Source: an uncultured Nitrososphaerota archaeon
GTDB lineage: Archaea > Thermoproteota > Nitrososphaeria > Nitrososphaerales > CADDZS01
Assembly: GCA_963799845.1 (NCBI GenBank)
Contig: CAWCYI010000004.1
Coordinates: forward strand, 384,001-448,000
Length of the DNA stretch: 64,000 bases
Direction of reading: 5' to 3'
In this document: piece after piece, positions 50,901 to 60,263 of the stretch
Numbering within the stretch: the stretch's first letter is position 1
Layout: every line of letters begins with the position of its first letter
The notes under the pieces: generated by a model
What the model was told of the DNA's origin: nothing
Databases searched by the model: none
The model's input: only the letters and a program-made list of their open reading frames with translations
Program-made: the position numbers and the translations under genes

Positions 50901-52082
50901 ATGAACACCTCAGAGCTTTCCGTTCTGACTAAGTTGCCCGGCAGGGATGTAGCTATTGTCGGCATTGGCGCTTCGAAGTTTGATTCTACTACTATAGGCC
51001 AGTCGTACAAGGAACTTACTTTCGATGCGGCAAAAAAAGCGTATGCCGATTCGGGGATCGATGTCCGTGACGACGTTGGATCGTTCATCTGCTGCGCTGA
51101 GGATTTCTGGGAGGGTAATAGCATCAGTGATGAATACGCGCCTGATCAACTGGGCGCAAAACTTCGACCCCTGTTTACCGTTTCAGGCGACGGCCTTCTG
51201 GGTCTTGCCCACGCATACATGCACATCATGGCCGGAGTTTCTGACGTCGTCGTTGTCGAAGCGCACAGCAAACTTTCCGACGTCGAAAGCAAAGATCTAA
51301 TCGAGGACCTGGGCTTCGATCCGACTTTTGCCCGAATTCCCGGGGTTGATTCAAAGTACCTGGCGGGACTCGAAATGAGGCGATATCTCGAAGAATCTGG
51401 AAGTACTGTTGAAGACTGCGCTGCCGTCGTCGTCAAAAACTCCTCTAACGCCCTAAAAAACCAGCTGGCTACATACGGAGGCAATCTTTCTTTGGAGGAT
51501 GTTTTGGAAAGTAAAGAGATTGCCTCGCCGTTGAAGAAATTGGATGTCAGTCAGCCTTCGGACGGCTCGGTCGTGATTGTTGTTACTTCTGCAACCAAGG
51601 CAAAGCGGCTTTCCGACAAGCCAGTCTGGATTTCGGGAATCTCATGGTTTTCAGATACGCCCAACGTTGAGGAGATGGATCTTGGACAGGCAGTTTATGC
51701 TTCGAATTCTTCAAAGAAGGCCTTTGAGATGGCGAGGATCACAAGGCCAACTGAGCAGCTCGATTTTGCTGAAGTGGACGACGCTTACTCGTTCAAAGAG
51801 TTGGAGCACATCGAAGCGATCGGGTTAGCAAAGAGAGCGGGCAAGTATGTCTCTAGTGGAAAGGCTGATCTGGACGGCGTCCTGCCCGTGAATCCCTCGG
51901 GAGGATCAATTGGCATGGGCTACTTTGTCGAGGCGAGTGGTCTAGTTAGGGCATACGAATCAGTCCTCCAGTTGAGGGGCGACGCGGGATCTGCCCAGCT
52001 AGCAAAGGCTACAAAGTGCGTCGTGCAATCGTGGAGAGGAATTCCAACCCAGTCGGGCGTAACGGCTGTCTTGCAAAGGTGA
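50901..52082 (+). CDS. Thiolase-fold protein without catalytic Cys/His (Ltp4-like)
   Basis: SCP-x thiolase scaffold (DGS, FAEVDDAY, VNPSGG) but VSGDG at the Cys position. Confidence 0.85.
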   Translation: MNTSELSVLTKLPGRDVAIVGIGASKFDSTTIGQSYKELTFDAAKKAYADSGIDVRDDVGSFICCAEDFWEGNSISDEYAPDQLGAKLRPLFTVSGDGLLGLAHAYMHIMAGVSDVVVVEAHSKLSDVESKDLIEDLGFDPTFARIPGVDSKYLAGLEMRRYLEESGSTVEDCAAVVVKNSSNALKNQLATYGGNLSLEDVLESKEIASPLKKLDVSQPSDGSVVIVVTSATKAKRLSDKPVWISGISWFSDTPNVEEMDLGQAVYASNSSKKAFEMARITRPTEQLDFAEVDDAYSFKELEHIEAIGLAKRAGKYVSSGKADLDGVLPVNPSGGSIGMGYFVEASGLVRAYESVLQLRGDAGSAQLAKATKCVVQSWRGIPTQSGVTAVLQR

Positions 52083-52092
52083 ATCGAAATAA

Positions 52093-53262
52093 TTGGCTGA
52101 GAAAAGAAAAGTCTGTGTAATCGGGGCCGGCTTGACGCTCTTCAGGAGGCGACTTCTCGAGACCGGTAAGGAGCTGTCTTTCGAGGCGGTCAGGATGGCT
52201 CTTGATTCGGCGGGTATCTCCAGGAAAGAGGTTGACTCGGTTGTACTTGGTTCGGCTCCGGACGCTTTCGACGGAGTCCACATGAAAGGAGAGTACCTTT
52301 CTGATGGTGCAGGAGCTTACCGGAGACAGTATTCGCGCGTCTTCGTTGGCGGAGCAACCGGAGTTTATACCCCGGTGTCAGCGTGGTGGCACGTTGCTTC
52401 CGGGCTTAGCGATGTTTGTATAGCTGTTGCCGAGGAAAAGATGTCTCCGCTACAGCCTCACCCGCAGTACGCCTTCTGGAGCATTTTTGACCACGACTAC
52501 GAGCGGCCTCTCGGCACAACTCTCCTCTGGATTTTCGCCCTCGAGATGCGGCGCTACATGAACGCCTACGGAATCAAGGAGGAGGAGATAGCGCAGGTCG
52601 CGGTCAAGAACAAGAAGAATGCGCTCGATCATCCGTGCGCGCAGTTGGCAGCCAACATTACCGTTGAAGACGTGATGAAATCCGAGCCGATGGTGTGGCC
52701 GGTCAAGAGGCTCGACGTCAGTCCACCGAGCGACGGCGCCGCCGCGGTTATCTTGTGCTCGGAAGAGTTTGCGAAAAAACTTACCAAAGATCCTGTCTAC
52801 GTGGCGGGTTGCGGCTGGAATATCGACAGCATGTACTGGACCGATAGGGACCTGTATTACCCGCAGTATCTAGAGAACGCGGGAAACATGGCGTACAAGA
52901 TGGCCGGGATAAAGAACCCCAGAGCTGAAATCGATTTTGCAGAGGTCTACGATCCCTTCGATTACAAGGAGTTGCATCACATGGAAGGCCTGCAGCTTGC
53001 AAAAAAGGGCGAGGCGCCTAAAATGACGACGGCCGGGATCACTCAGAGAGACGGGGAACTGCCGATCAATCCGTCGGGTGGACTCCTCGGAGTGGGAAAT
53101 CCGATCGCCGCGGCCGGTATGATGAAAGTTTGCGAACTGTATTTCCAGCTTACAAATCAGGCTGGGAAGCGTCAGGTGAAGAAGGAAATCCACACCGGGC
53201 TGGCACAGGCGTGGGGCGATCTGATGCAGTACAGCTCCGTTTTCATAATGAAGAGGCGATAG
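52093..53262 (+). CDS. Thiolase-fold protein with Tyr in place of His (Ltp3-like putative retro-aldolase)
   Basis: GSAPDAFDG, VGGATG (no Cys), AEVYDPF, GNPI; AGGTGA RBS. Confidence 0.85.
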   Translation: MAEKRKVCVIGAGLTLFRRRLLETGKELSFEAVRMALDSAGISRKEVDSVVLGSAPDAFDGVHMKGEYLSDGAGAYRRQYSRVFVGGATGVYTPVSAWWHVASGLSDVCIAVAEEKMSPLQPHPQYAFWSIFDHDYERPLGTTLLWIFALEMRRYMNAYGIKEEEIAQVAVKNKKNALDHPCAQLAANITVEDVMKSEPMVWPVKRLDVSPPSDGAAAVILCSEEFAKKLTKDPVYVAGCGWNIDSMYWTDRDLYYPQYLENAGNMAYKMAGIKNPRAEIDFAEVYDPFDYKELHHMEGLQLAKKGEAPKMTTAGITQRDGELPINPSGGLLGVGNPIAAAGMMKVCELYFQLTNQAGKRQVKKEIHTGLAQAWGDLMQYSSVFIMKRR

Positions 53263-53263
53263 A

Positions 53264-53776
53264 ATGAGCGAGAGAGTAAAGTACTTTCCGGGGAAGGAAA
53301 TTCGTCCCGAGGAGCTGGATAACGGCGAGCTCCTGATCACGCATTTCAATGCTGATCTAAAGTACTCATGGGCAAGCGGCGTCGCCGTTGGAAGATTCCT
53401 TTCCGAACTGAAAAATGGCCGCTTGATCGCGAGGAAGTGCAACAGATGCGACAGGATCCTCATACCTCCGAGGATGTTTTGCGAAGATTGTTTCAGAGAC
53501 ACGGACGAATGGGTCTATGTCAAGGATACGGGAACAATCAACACCTATTCAATTGCCCACGTCGGCACCGACGCGCACAGGTTGACGGAACCGCTCTTCG
53601 TCGCTGTTATCAACATCGATGGCGCAAGCGAATTGATGGGTTTCCTGCACCTTCTCGGAGAGATAGATGAGAAAGACATCAAGATAGGCATGAAAGTCCA
53701 GGCCGTTTGGAAGCCAGCAGAGGAAAGAGTAGGCTCTATACTAGATATCAAGTACTTCAGGCCCGTCAAAAACTGA
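53264..53776 (+). CDS. DUF35 Zn-ribbon/OB-fold protein
   Basis: CNRC...PPRMFCEDC, GTINTYS, IGMKVQAVW. Confidence 0.92.
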   Translation: MSERVKYFPGKEIRPEELDNGELLITHFNADLKYSWASGVAVGRFLSELKNGRLIARKCNRCDRILIPPRMFCEDCFRDTDEWVYVKDTGTINTYSIAHVGTDAHRLTEPLFVAVINIDGASELMGFLHLLGEIDEKDIKIGMKVQAVWKPAEERVGSILDIKYFRPVKN

Positions 53777-53781
53777 TTTGG

Positions 53782-54255
53782 GTGGGATGGATAACGGAAA
53801 AAATCTCAAACAACAACGAGATAAGGACGTGGCGCGACCACATCCCGCTCGACTGGAAGTACACGGCAGGAGTTGCCGGAGAGCGCTTTTTGCAGCTCCT
53901 GAAACAGGGGAAAATTCAGGCAGCGATCTGCAGATCCTGTAACAAGAGTTTCCTTCCTCCAAAGATATTTTGCAAAGACTGCTTCATCCAATTGACAGAG
54001 TGGAAAGAAGTCGCCGGCGATTCGGGTTTCATCTATTCGTTCACCAAAGTTAGAACAACAGACAAGAAAGAAGGGGCAAACACTGCTCGGATAATCGTCC
54101 TCGTAAAGTTCGAAGGTATAGAAGGCGGATTGTTGGGCAGGTTCAAGACGGGTCGGGAGGAACCCAGAATCGGGATGAAGGTAAAACCTGTTTTCAAAAA
54201 GCGCGAAAATAGAAAGGGGGAACTATCGGACATCGAATATTTCGAAAAAATTTAG
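53782..54255 (+). CDS. DUF35 Zn-ribbon/OB-fold protein (second copy)
   Basis: CRSC...PPKIFCKDC, IGMKVKPVF. Confidence 0.9.
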   Translation: MGWITEKISNNNEIRTWRDHIPLDWKYTAGVAGERFLQLLKQGKIQAAICRSCNKSFLPPKIFCKDCFIQLTEWKEVAGDSGFIYSFTKVRTTDKKEGANTARIIVLVKFEGIEGGLLGRFKTGREEPRIGMKVKPVFKKRENRKGELSDIEYFEKI

Positions 54256-54392
54256 CCGGTTTTTGAAAGGCATCGGTTCCTCACAATGGGATAACATTTT
54301 GAATCAGGATTAGGCTTATCTAGGAAATGGTACTTTTTCACGCTGTTCTATGTCGTGAACTTTGAATATTTCGTCATTAGGAGCTGTGCGAT

Positions 54393-55588
54393 TTGAAACT
54401 TTCACCCGAAAACACTCCCGTCATAGTAAGTGCGGTTAGAACTCCAATTGGAAAATTTGGGAGGACGCTCAAAGATTTTACCGCGCCCAAATTGGGAGCT
54501 ATCGTTGTCAACGAGGCTTTGAAGAGGGCCCCGGGATTAAAGGAAACTGAAATCGATGAAGTGATCATGGGAAACGTGATCTCCGCCGGACTGGGCCAAA
54601 ACCCGGCTAGGCAGGCCTCGATTTTTGCTGGCCTTCCGGCATCCGTGGGTGCGACTACCGAAAACAAGGTTTGCGGCTCCGGTCTGAAAGCGATCATGTT
54701 TGCATCGCAGGCGATCAGAGCCGGAGATGCAAGCTGCCTCATCGCCGGCGGTATGGAGAACATGAGCCAGTCTCCCTACATCCAGAAAAATCTTCGCTGG
54801 GGCCTGAAATTCGGAGACTCAAAAACCCAGGACGCCATGCTGCTGGACGGGTTGTGGGATGTCTACAATGATTTTCACATGGGGATGACCGGAGAAATTA
54901 TTGCGGAACGACATCATGTTTCTCGCGAAGATGCAGACAAGTTCGCTCTGTCATCATACAGAAAGGCCTCTGATGCGATTGAGAAAGGGGCGTTCAAGGA
55001 TGAAATCGTTCCCATTGAAGTGAAATTGCCGAACGGGCTGGTCGGAATGTTTGAGAATGACGAGTGCGTCCGCTCTGACACGACGCTCGACGGATTAAAG
55101 TTGTTGAGGCCCGTTTTCAAACCGAACGGTGTGCTGACTGCCGGTAATTCCTCGCAACTGAGCGACGGAGCGGCAGCGGTTGTCGTGATGTCGGAAGCAA
55201 AAGCGATATCTCGTGGCATCGAAGTCATGGCGAGAATCGTGGAGTACGGACAGGCCGGCGTAAAACCAGAACTCGTGATGGAAGCTCCCATTCCTGCCTG
55301 CAGGGCCGTCATGAAAAAGCTGATCTTTCAATCCGTGACATGGATCTGATCGAACACAACGAAGCCTATGCTACCGCCAGCATAGTGGTGGCGAAAGAAC
55401 TGGGAGTCCCGGAAAACAAGTTCAATGTGAATGGAGGGGCAATCGCGCTCGGCCATCCCATTGGATGTTCAGGGGCGCGTCTCGTCGTTACCATAATCAA
55501 TGCCCTAAAGAGTAGAAAGTTACATCGCGGGCTGGTTACCCTCTGTCTAGGAGGCGGAGAGGCCGTGTCGATGATACTTGAAGTATAG
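54393..55588 (+). CDS. Classical acetyl-CoA C-acyltransferase (thiolase); one base missing at ~55316
   Basis: NKVCGSG, NEA, GHPIGCSG, LCLGGG. Confidence 0.93.
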
Positions 55589-55627
55589 CGACTTATTTTT
55601 TCTAGATGAATCGAACTAAATCAGAGG

Positions 55628-56743
55628 ATGAGATATTTTTTGCTTGCAGAGTTGACCCAGGAACAGGAGCTACTGCAGGGGACCATCAGAGAATTCGCGG
55701 CAGGTGAAATATCTTCGCTTGCTTCTAAGATTGATTCGGAAGCAAGAATCCCCGGCAAACTATTCCAAAAGCTTCCCGCCCTGGGGTTGTACGGCATTAC
55801 GGTTCCATCGGAGTTTGGCGGAGCTGGCGCAGATTTCTTGAGTTTGCTCTTGGCGGTCGAGGAACTGTCCAAGGTCTCAGGATCGGTTGGGGCGCGCATT
55901 TCCTTTCATAATGCCGTGTGTGAGGCTCTCGTCTCTTCTACGAATGAGCAGCTGAAATCCACTCTCCTGCCAAAGCTAGCAGCAGGCTCGCTTGCCGCTT
56001 TTTCAGTGGATCCGAAATCGACTATCACATTCAAGAAGGAAAATAGGAGCATGACCATCGAGGGATCATCGGAATTTGTGATGAATGCCGACTCCGCGGA
56101 AATTTTTCTGGTTCTCGCGAAGGCTAGAGATGGGTCAAAGACTTTCATCTGTTTTCAACGCCCAGATTCCCAAGATAAATTTGAAGTTGGTGAGCCGAAG
56201 AAATTAATGGGAATGCGGGGAACAGGAACGTGCAAAATCTCCTTTCACGGTTTGAAGCTTTCAGACCAATCTGAAGTCTTTGAGAAGAACGCGACTTTCT
56301 CAGCGCTGGAATTGTTTCTAGTCAGCACAAGACTACTTGTCGCAGCTCAGGCGCTGGGAATTGCGCAGGCTTCTCTTGACGAAGAGGTCAGATACGCCAA
56401 CGAACGTTCGCAGTTCAACACGAAGATCGGGAGATTTTTTGCCGTTCAGGACTTTATTGCGCAGGACGAGGTCAGCATCCAGACATCGCGATCAGTGACA
56501 TATGGTACGGCTCCGCGATCCTCTTCGGCTGAAAAGGTACGGGACAGCTGCATCGCAAAAATCTCAGCCTCAAATGCTGCCGTGCAATCAGCGAGACATT
56601 CCATCAGAATCCACGGAGGCTACGGATTCGTGAGGGATTATCCGGTCGAGAGATATCTCCGCGACGCGCGAGCAACGCAGCTTTACATTGAACCAAACGA
56701 GGTTCTGAAGGCTAAAATTGCAGAATCCCTACTTCTGAGATGA
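55628..56743 (+). CDS. Degenerate acyl-CoA dehydrogenase-family subunit
   Basis: ACAD scaffold (IHGGYGF, VERYLRDA) but lacks TEPxxGSD and has LYIEPN instead of IYEGT. Confidence 0.85.
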   Translation: MRYFLLAELTQEQELLQGTIREFAAGEISSLASKIDSEARIPGKLFQKLPALGLYGITVPSEFGGAGADFLSLLLAVEELSKVSGSVGARISFHNAVCEALVSSTNEQLKSTLLPKLAAGSLAAFSVDPKSTITFKKENRSMTIEGSSEFVMNADSAEIFLVLAKARDGSKTFICFQRPDSQDKFEVGEPKKLMGMRGTGTCKISFHGLKLSDQSEVFEKNATFSALELFLVSTRLLVAAQALGIAQASLDEEVRYANERSQFNTKIGRFFAVQDFIAQDEVSIQTSRSVTYGTAPRSSSAEKVRDSCIAKISASNAAVQSARHSIRIHGGYGFVRDYPVERYLRDARATQLYIEPNEVLKAKIAESLLLR

Positions 56744-58435
56744 CCCGGGAGCGCTTTCATCCCTCAACTCTCGCCTCAGGACCTTCCCAACGAGAGTCTT
56801 TGGCAATTCGTCTCTGAATTCGATAATCCTAGGAACTTTGTATGGAGCCATCTGCGTTTTACAAAACTCCCGAATAGCTTCCACGCCCGGGTTCTTGTTC
56901 TTGTCTTTCAAGACAACGAAGGCCTTCACGTTTTCACCGCGGTACTCATCTCTTACTCCCACAACCGCGGCCTCTTTGATGTCAGGATGCGTAAACAATA
57001 CTTCCTCTACCTCTCTGGGCCAAACTTTGAATCCGGAGGCGTCTATCATGTCTTTCTTGCGATCAACGATGAAAAAATAACCATCCTCGTCCATCCTTGC
57101 TATATCGCCGGTTAGGAGCCATCCATTCCTCATTACCTTGGCTGTTTCCTCTGGTTGATGCCAGTAGCCCTTCATCACCTGAGGGCCTTTGACTGCAAGC
57201 TCTCCCGTCTCGCCGAGTGGGAGATCGGTCATGCCAGTTTCCATGTCAACTATCTTTGCATCGGTCTCCGGGAGCGGGGTTCCTATGGAGCCAGATTTTA
57301 CGGGCGCACCTTCTCCAATGGGATTGCAATGGGTAACTGGACTTGCTTCAGTCAAGCCATATCCTTCGACCAAGTTGCCCCCGGTCAACTCGTTGAATTT
57401 TCTCTGAACCTCCACTGGTAGAGGGGCGGCGCCAGATACGCACTTTTTGATCGATTCGACCGAGTATCGGGAAAGTTCGGGATAATTGATGATGGCAACG
57501 TACATAGTCGATACTCCGGGAAAGGATGTGATCTTGTGCTTCGAGATTGCTTCCAGTACCTCCTTGACGTGAAATGAGGGAAGCAGAACAATTTCCATCC
57601 CCGAGTACATTGGAGAGATCATGCCAACCGTGAGACCGTAGATATGGAAAAATGGAGTGACCCCGAGCAGGCGACCAGAGTTGTCTCCATGTTGCCAGTT
57701 CGCCAAGACTATGGCATTGGAAACAAGGTTGAAGTGAGTGAGCATCGCACCTTTTGAGGTTCCTGTAGTTCCTCCAGTGTACTGAATTACTGCGACATCC
57801 TCCCTCGGATTCATTGACATTGGAGGCGGTTCATTTTTTGGCTTGCTCGCTACGAACGCTGCCAGATTAATTGTATCGGGTTTCTTCAGTGTCTGAATTT
57901 TCTTCACGGTTCCTGCAAGTTGCTTTTTGATAGGCGGCAGATAGTCCGTTAGAGACGTCACAAACACATGTTTTACATTCGAAAGCCTCGGTCTCGCTTT
58001 CTCAAAACTGGAGTAGAAATCATTCTTGTTGTAGACATTGTTTAGAATCACAACTGCTTCCGACTCCGAATCCTTCAACTGAAACTCTATTTCTCGCTCC
58101 CGATAAAGCGGATTGCAGGGTACGACAGTCAGTCCGGCTTTAAGAGCGCCCCAGAAGCAGAAAACGAATTGAGGAATGTTGGGAAGGATGATTGCGATTT
58201 TCGATCCCTTCTTCAAGCCAAGTGAAATCAGCCCATTTGCAAATTGGTTGGAGAGTTCATTCAACCTCTTGTAAGTTGCCTTGTACCCCTGGTATTCAAT
58301 CGCCGAAGAATTAGGATACTTCTCTGCCGCATTGACCAGTATCGATTGAAGGGATTCTTGAGGAAAATCTATGGAGTGCGCTACTCCCTCAGGGTAGAAT
58401 CTAAGCCAGGGCTTCGGTAAAACCGAGCTTTGCAT
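56729..58435 (-). CDS. Long-chain fatty acid-CoA ligase
   Basis: YTGGTTGTSKG, EGYGLTE, TGD, DRKKD, GK. Confidence 0.94.
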   Translation of the reverse strand: MQSSVLPKPWLRFYPEGVAHSIDFPQESLQSILVNAAEKYPNSSAIEYQGYKATYKRLNELSNQFANGLISLGLKKGSKIAIILPNIPQFVFCFWGALKAGLTVVPCNPLYREREIEFQLKDSESEAVVILNNVYNKNDFYSSFEKARPRLSNVKHVFVTSLTDYLPPIKKQLAGTVKKIQTLKKPDTINLAAFVASKPKNEPPPMSMNPREDVAVIQYTGGTTGTSKGAMLTHFNLVSNAIVLANWQHGDNSGRLLGVTPFFHIYGLTVGMISPMYSGMEIVLLPSFHVKEVLEAISKHKITSFPGVSTMYVAIINYPELSRYSVESIKKCVSGAAPLPVEVQRKFNELTGGNLVEGYGLTEASPVTHCNPIGEGAPVKSGSIGTPLPETDAKIVDMETGMTDLPLGETGELAVKGPQVMKGYWHQPEETAKVMRNGWLLTGDIARMDEDGYFFIVDRKKDMIDASGFKVWPREVEEVLFTHPDIKEAAVVGVRDEYRGENVKAFVVLKDKNKNPGVEAIREFCKTQMAPYKVPRIIEFRDELPKTLVGKVLRRELRDESAPGSSQK

Positions 58436-58639
58436 TTATTCTAAAGAAAAATAGGTCGTTCGTGTTATTTTAACGTTCATGGCCGGAAACACGGTAAATC
58501 CCTCATTCTCTGAAAGCAAAGGGGTCGTTCATACGAATTGTTTAGGCGGTATTCACTTCCGTCGGACGTGTAGCGGAGGCGAGAATACTTTCAATCAATT
58601 CTTATTAGTTTGAAACGACTATTTATCGTGGAATAACAA

Positions 58640-59804
58640 ATGAGAAATGTCTACATACTTAGCGCTGATATGACGAAATTCGGAAAATCGCCCCTTTCCG
58701 CGAGAGAACTAGCGCTTGAAGCCTCAAAGAAGGCGATCTTGGATGCTGGAATTTCACCATCTGACATTCAGGCGGCGTTTGTTGCCAATGCTTTTTCACT
58801 CGCCGAAAAACAGGGTCACTTGGGCCCAATCATAATGTCCGGTTTAGGCGTACCGGATGTCCCGGCATCGACCATTGAATCTGCCTGCGCAAGCGGAGCT
58901 TCGGCGATCAGAGAGGCTTGGATAAACATCGGAGCTGGCATCTATGATTGCATGCTGGTCGTTGGTGTGGAAAAAATTAGCCAGCTGGATACAATAACCG
59001 CTACGACCTACTTTTCCTTCGGTTCCGACTTTGTTTTCGAGGGAGCCTGCGGCGCCTCATTTCCAGGATTGTATGGTGCAATAGCTGAGGTCGCACATGG
59101 CGAGGTATGGAACTACTGAAGAGCAGCTCGCCAACGTTGCCGTTAAGAACCACGAAAACGCGCTATCAAACCCGAACGCGCACCTCCACAAGAAGATAAC
59201 CGTTGACGACGTGATGAAATCTCCCGTTGTCGCAAGCCCGCTGAAACTCTTTGACGCGTGCCCGTTCTCCGACGGGGCCGCAGCTGCGATCCTGTGCAGC
59301 GATGATTTCCTGAAAATGAAAAATAGGAATACCTCAGAGCAAGTGCTCATCAGAGGCTCGGGCCGTGCTGGAGGGACAGGTGCTCTTTTTCAGAGGGATG
59401 ATCTTACGACCCTGAACGCGGCGGTGCTGGCGGGGCGCGAGGCGTTCAAGATGGCCGGGATGTCGCAGAAAGACATTGATTTCGCTGAAGTGCACGATTG
59501 CTTCACGGTTGCCGAGCTTATCGCCGAGGAGGATCTTGGTTTCGCCAAGAGGGGTGAAGCCGCAAAGCTCACCCAGCAAGGTTATACAAAGATCGGTGGG
59601 GAATTGCCGGTAAATCCGTCGGGTGGTTTGAAAGCAAAGGGCCATCCGGTCGGCGCAACTGGAGTGGGGCAGGTCGTCGAAGTCTACGAGCAGCTTCATG
59701 GAAAAGCCGGTTCGCGACAAGTAAATGGTGCGAGAATCGGACTCACACACAACGTTGGTGCAACCGGTGGAAGCTGCGGGGTGCATATCTTCGAACTCAC
59801 TTAG
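58640..59804 (+). CDS. Archaeal (SCP-x type) thiolase; one extra base at 59087
   Basis: ESACASG, EVHDCF, GHPVGATG. Confidence 0.92.
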
Positions 59805-59825
59805 GAGGCATGGGTGTAGATTTTC

Positions 59826-60224
59826 GTGAGCGCGCAGACTCAAAAGGAATTTTCTTCTGAAATGACGATAAAGGATTTCCAGGAAGGTATCCACAACGGC
59901 AAGATTGAGGGTTACCAATGTTCAAACTGCGGTGAGAAGCGGATTGACATCATGGAGTTTTGTCCGGTGTGCCACAGTTCGAAGCTGCAAAAGGTCGAAT
60001 TTTCCAACACCGGGTCAGTATTAACTTACACCATCCAGTTCGTTGCTCCCGAGCAGTACATGAACGAAGTTCCCTACGCCTGGACGATCATCCAGCTTGA
60101 TGACGGTCCCAAAGTGACCGGCTGGATTCCCTTCATATCCAAGCCCTCCGATCTTCCATTAGGTCAGAGAGTAGTCTTCAAGAAATCCTACCTCCCCGGA
60201 ATGGTTTTCGAAAAGTCGAACTAG
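59826..60224 (+). CDS. DUF35 Zn-ribbon/OB-fold protein
   Basis: CSNC...CPVC, GSVLTYT; directly follows the thiolase. Confidence 0.9.
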   Translation: MSAQTQKEFSSEMTIKDFQEGIHNGKIEGYQCSNCGEKRIDIMEFCPVCHSSKLQKVEFSNTGSVLTYTIQFVAPEQYMNEVPYAWTIIQLDDGPKVTGWIPFISKPSDLPLGQRVVFKKSYLPGMVFEKSN

Positions 60225-60263
60225 ATCCTCGCAAAAACGCCTTATTACGGCGACCTTCCCGAA

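Noticed and set aside
44770-55325. Programmed ribosomal frameshifting in etfA and the thiolases
   Set aside because: Shift directions are mixed, the genes are ordinary housekeeping ones, and the AGCT-linked error explanation covers them all.
58503-58524. ORB-like TTCTCTGAAAGCAAAGGGG
   Set aside because: Single degenerate copy inside a divergent promoter, with no initiator gene nearby.
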